A stretch of DNA of 64,000 nt. It comes from Verrucomicrobiales bacterium (GTDB lineage: Bacteria > Verrucomicrobiota > Verrucomicrobiia > Verrucomicrobiales > SLCJ01). This document shows, in pieces, positions 60,572 to 64,000 of the stretch. The notes under the pieces are model-generated. The model worked only from the letters and a program-made list of their open reading frames with translations, had not been told where the DNA came from and searched no databases. Position numbers and translations under genes: made by a program. Location: NCBI GenBank assembly GCA_046075565.1, contig JBJTQJ010000117.1, positions 1 through 64,000 on the forward strand. Direction: 5' to 3'. The number at the start of each line of letters is the position of its first letter. Position 1 is the stretch's first letter.

Positions 60572-61855
60572 TCAGGCAGGCAGCTCGTAGCCTTTGCGGC
60601 GCGGGCGGTCCTGCATGGCGGCGGCCTCCTTGTCGCCGACAATCTGTTCGGCTGCGGGATCCCATTTGATGGCGCGTCCGAGGCGCAAGGCAATTGCGGC
60701 GAGCTGGCAGATGGTCGCGGTGCGGTGACCGACGGTGGCCGGGCAGATGGTGGGTTTGCGGCTGCCGATACACTCGATGAAGTTCCGCCGGTGTTCCTTG
60801 GACTCATAGACCTGGATGTCGTTGGGTCCGAATTTGTGGCGATAGAGGTCCGTGGGGGTGGTTTCAATGCTCCCGCGGCTGGCGATGACCTCGCCTTTGG
60901 AGCCGATGAAGCGGATCATACCTTTCCCGGGATTACGATCGCGCCAGATGGTGATGCCGTCGGCGTAACGATAATGATCGTGGGGTGATCCCTCGAATCC
61001 TTTCGGGATGAATTCCACCGGGCCGGTGTTGTCGCGGTCGAGAGCCCACTGCACGATGTCGAAGTGGTGGGCACCCCAGTCGCCGAACTTGCGGCTGCCG
61101 TATTCCCAATAGCAACGCCAACCGGCACCGTAATTGCCCTTCACCCGGTTCTCCGAGTGTTCGAAGAATGGCGTGGGCCCGAGCCAGCGGTCGTAGTCGA
61201 AACCATCAGGCACGGGCACGACTTCTTCTTTCTCCGGCGGCTGGGGGAATTCGCCCAGAGCGCATTCGATGTCTTTGATTTCGCCAATCATGCCATTGCG
61301 CACGAGATTGGCGGCGACGCGGAAATAGCTCTCCGAACGCTGCTGGCTGCCAACTTGGAGGATGCGTCCATACTTTTCCTGAGCCGCGACGAGCAATTTA
61401 CCTTCCTCGATGGTCAGGGTCATGGGCTTTTCCACATAGACGTCCTTGCCGGCCTTCATGGCGGCCAAGGCGATCGGCGCGTGCCAGTGGTCGGGTGTGG
61501 TGATACAGACGGCGTCCACATCGGGATTTGCAATCACTTCCTCGTAGCGGGCCGTGCCTTTCACATCGTTGAAGCCCTTTTTCTTGAGCCCGTCGAGAGC
61601 ATTTTTCACCTGCCAATCCCTGACGTCACAGACAACAATGGGCTGGACTTCCTTCATGCCGGGGAAGGAACCGACGTGACCACCGGAAATCAGCCCCATC
61701 CCGATGAAGCCCATTCCGATGCGGGAATTGGCGGCGTCTTTGTCGGCATTACCCAGAGTCTGGGCGCGGACGATTTGTGGAGCAAGGACGGAGCCGGCAG
61801 CTCCGAACGAGGAAAGTAAAAAGCGACGGCGGTTGGAGGCGGATGAACGATTCAT
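60572..61855 (-). CDS. Tat-exported Gfo/Idh/MocA oxidoreductase
   Basis: NRRRFL Tat motif, IGMG, TPDHWH, YVEKP, QVGSQQRS, DWGAHHFD; true start 61855. Confidence 0.92.
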   Translation of the reverse strand: MNRSSASNRRRFLLSSFGAAGSVLAPQIVRAQTLGNADKDAANSRIGMGFIGMGLISGGHVGSFPGMKEVQPIVVCDVRDWQVKNALDGLKKKGFNDVKGTARYEEVIANPDVDAVCITTPDHWHAPIALAAMKAGKDVYVEKPMTLTIEEGKLLVAAQEKYGRILQVGSQQRSESYFRVAANLVRNGMIGEIKDIECALGEFPQPPEKEEVVPVPDGFDYDRWLGPTPFFEHSENRVKGNYGAGWRCYWEYGSRKFGDWGAHHFDIVQWALDRDNTGPVEFIPKGFEGSPHDHYRYADGITIWRDRNPGKGMIRFIGSKGEVIASRGSIETTPTDLYRHKFGPNDIQVYESKEHRRNFIECIGSRKPTICPATVGHRTATICQLAAIALRLGRAIKWDPAAEQIVGDKEAAAMQDRPRRKGYELPA

Positions 61856-62147
61856 GGGATTGGAGTGGGATGGTGGACGAAATGAAGGTGGGCTGCAGGA
61901 CCCGCAGAATGGGGAAGATACAACGTCACGACGGCAGAACTTACGGGAAAATGTGCGTTTTGCAGCTGGGTGGCGACTCGCGGATGGAATCCGCAAGGAA
62001 GTTGACTTCCTTCCCCCGGGAACGCGAAGGCGTTCCCGACATGTCCCCAACCGCGTCAAGGCTACGCCTTGAAGTGCTTGCTCGGAAGGATTGTGATGCG
62101 AAAATGAGGATGCTCTTGACCGTCGATTTTCCCGTCGAACATCCACG

Positions 62148-63089
62148 ATGCCTGCCATCCTCCGGCTTTCTCCCGAATCGTCCGACCCGCCCGCTGATGC
62201 CGCGGGTGCGTTCGGCCGGGGTGCTGCCCTCTGGATCCAATGCGGGTCTGCCTCCGCTGGAATTTGGTGGGAGAATGTGCCTCCCCATCCCGAAGGCAAG
62301 GTAGCTACCATCGGGGCCTGGATGGCCGGAACAGAAGAGGAAAACCGCGATCTCCTCCGAGCAGCCATGGCGGAAATCCAATCCAGCGGCAGCACCATCG
62401 TGCTCGCGCCCATGGATGGCAACACTTGGCGGCGCTACCGCTGCGTGACCTGGTCGGATGGACGTCCCCCGTTTTTTCTCGAACCATTTTCCGAGCCCGA
62501 TTCCGCCGCACCTTTCCTCGCCGAAGGATTCGAGATCTTCGAACGTTATTCCTCAGGGGCGGTTGATCTAACACATTCCGGACCGGATCTATCCGCTTTC
62601 CGGACAAAACTGGAAAGCAAGGGCGTGCACTTCGCCCCCATGTCTGGCGATGAATTCCCCGCCGCCCTCCGGGAGATCTACACGCTCAGCCTGGCCTCCT
62701 TCGCCCGTAATGTGTATTACACTTCTTTGGACTGGGAGACCTTCGCCGCCATTTACACCCCGCTCCGGCCGTTGATCCGCGATGGGCTGGTTTGGACAGC
62801 ACGTGATGACGATGGGCTAGCCGCCTACCTGTTCACGATTCCGGATCGGCTCGACGCTTCGGGCCAGACCGTCATTCTGAAAACCCTCGCCTCGCGATCG
62901 GATCCCGCGCTGGCAGGGATCGGCAGCGTGCTCACCGGTCTCGCCCATGAGGCGGCAAAGATCATGGGATTCACGACCGCCATCCATGCCCTTGAGCACG
63001 AAAGCAATCAGAGCCAGCGCCTCAGCCGGCGCTTCGGGGCCGTGACCTTCCGTGAGTATGCCCTGCTGGGCCGGAGGCTGGAGAAATGA
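62148..63089 (+). CDS. GNAT-like acyltransferase
   Basis: APMDGNTWRRYR, FFLEP, ILKTLA..AGIGS, AIHAL. Confidence 0.7.
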   Translation: MPAILRLSPESSDPPADAAGAFGRGAALWIQCGSASAGIWWENVPPHPEGKVATIGAWMAGTEEENRDLLRAAMAEIQSSGSTIVLAPMDGNTWRRYRCVTWSDGRPPFFLEPFSEPDSAAPFLAEGFEIFERYSSGAVDLTHSGPDLSAFRTKLESKGVHFAPMSGDEFPAALREIYTLSLASFARNVYYTSLDWETFAAIYTPLRPLIRDGLVWTARDDDGLAAYLFTIPDRLDASGQTVILKTLASRSDPALAGIGSVLTGLAHEAAKIMGFTTAIHALEHESNQSQRLSRRFGAVTFREYALLGRRLEK

Positions 63090-64000
63090 ACCTTGTGCAA
63101 CTCCTCATCGACCGGGCGCGGACTCATCCGGAGAAGGTCGCGCTCGTTGATGGCATGCCGGGACGGGAGAGGGTGACGAGTTACCGTGATTTGGCCGCAC
63201 TTGTGACGGGTGCTTCGCGCCGACTGCGCGCGGAGGGATTGGTGCCGGGTGATGTCGTCTTGATCCTGCATCCGATTTCCCTCGAACTGTATGTCTTTTT
63301 GCTCGGGGCTTTTCATGCCGGACTGACAACAGCATTTGTCGATCCGTCAGCGGGCGGTAGCGTCGTTGCAACGGCTTGCCAGCGCTTGCGTCCCCGGGCG
63401 TTTTTCGGCAGCCGCAAGGCGCAGGCGTGGGCATGGACGCGCCCGGAAGTCCGCAGGCTCGCTCACCATTGGTGTCCGCGCAGCTTTCCATTTACGCGCT
63501 CGTTCCCGCTTGATCCGGCAGCACCGGAAAACGCCGTGGTGGTGCCCGACCGCCATCCCGCGTTGGTGACCTTCACCAGTGGCAGCACGGGACAACCGAA
63601 AGGAGCGGCCCGCACGCATGGATTCCTGCTCGCCCAACACGCCGCCCTCGAGCGTGCGCTCGGTCTACACGAGGGCGAGGTGGACCTGGTAACACTGCCG
63701 GTATTCACACTTGCAAATCTGGCCAGCGGGGTTGCGAGTCTTTTGCCCGGCACCGACATCACACGTCCGGCGGTGGTGAATGCGGAATTGTTAGCCCGTC
63801 AGTCGCGGACCCATGGCGTGACCCGCTGCGCCGCCTCTCCAGCGGTTTTCCGCGCGTTTCTGAAGGCCGGATGTCTGCCGGACTTCCGCGACATTCATAC
63901 CGGCGGGGCCCCGGTTTTTCCTTCCCTGCTCGATGAATTGGTGAAAACGAGTCCTAAGACCACGGTCCATGCCGTCTATGGATCCACGGAGGCCGAACCT
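63086..64000 (+). CDS. AMP-dependent ligase (OleC-like ANL family), truncated by the window end
   Basis: Own translation from ATG 63086 (ATGA overlap): LVTFTSGSTGQPKG, TGGAPV, VYGSTEAEP; absent from the ORF track because there is no stop in the window. Confidence 0.88.
   Translation, partial: MNLVQLLIDRARTHPEKVALVDGMPGRERVTSYRDLAALVTGASRRLRAEGLVPGDVVLILHPISLELYVFLLGAFHAGLTTAFVDPSAGGSVVATACQRLRPRAFFGSRKAQAWAWTRPEVRRLAHHWCPRSFPFTRSFPLDPAAPENAVVVPDRHPALVTFTSGSTGQPKGAARTHGFLLAQHAALERALGLHEGEVDLVTLPVFTLANLASGVASLLPGTDITRPAVVNAELLARQSRTHGVTRCAASPAVFRAFLKAGCLPDFRDIHTGGAPVFPSLLDELVKTSPKTTVHAVYGSTEAEP

Noticed and set aside
60572-62425. 617-aa extended oxidoreductase
   Set aside because: The Tat signal starts at 61855; the extension crosses the intergenic region and overlaps the GNAT gene on the other strand.

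Overview
GC-rich bacterial chromosome segment, most likely Verrucomicrobiota (inferred from a Verru_Chthon-A-like giant pilin, paired prenyltransferase/squalene-oxidase-repeat proteins and other lineage-typical families). It holds about 45 CDS. Housekeeping and RNA genes: gluQ, mnmA, folA, htpG, an rlmD-like gene, obgE, queF, rpmB, tmRNA and three tRNAs. Accessory blocks: a GH13/MFS maltodextrin pair, two Ahb/NirJ-type radical SAM genes, a GH106-GH95-esterase glycan locus, a 2704-aa metalloprotease/adhesin followed by a giant pilin-like protein and its partner, a FabG-ACP-flippase-halogenase cluster, and a GNAT/OleC-like pair cut by the window end. No integrase, transposase or CRISPR array was seen. 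Main leads: (1) a circularly permuted SGNH hydrolase with intact motifs nested in a sialate-O-acetylesterase-type domain that has lost its catalytic residues; (2) a giant pseudopilin-plus-partner module beside a barrel-less giant exoprotein, possibly an undescribed secretion/display system; (3) a ketosynthase-less ACP/halogenase lipid cluster; (4) large insertions in an MFS transporter and a GH95; (5) GTAG-type REP-like hairpins with divergent stems. All calls come from motif recognition by eye; no searches were run.
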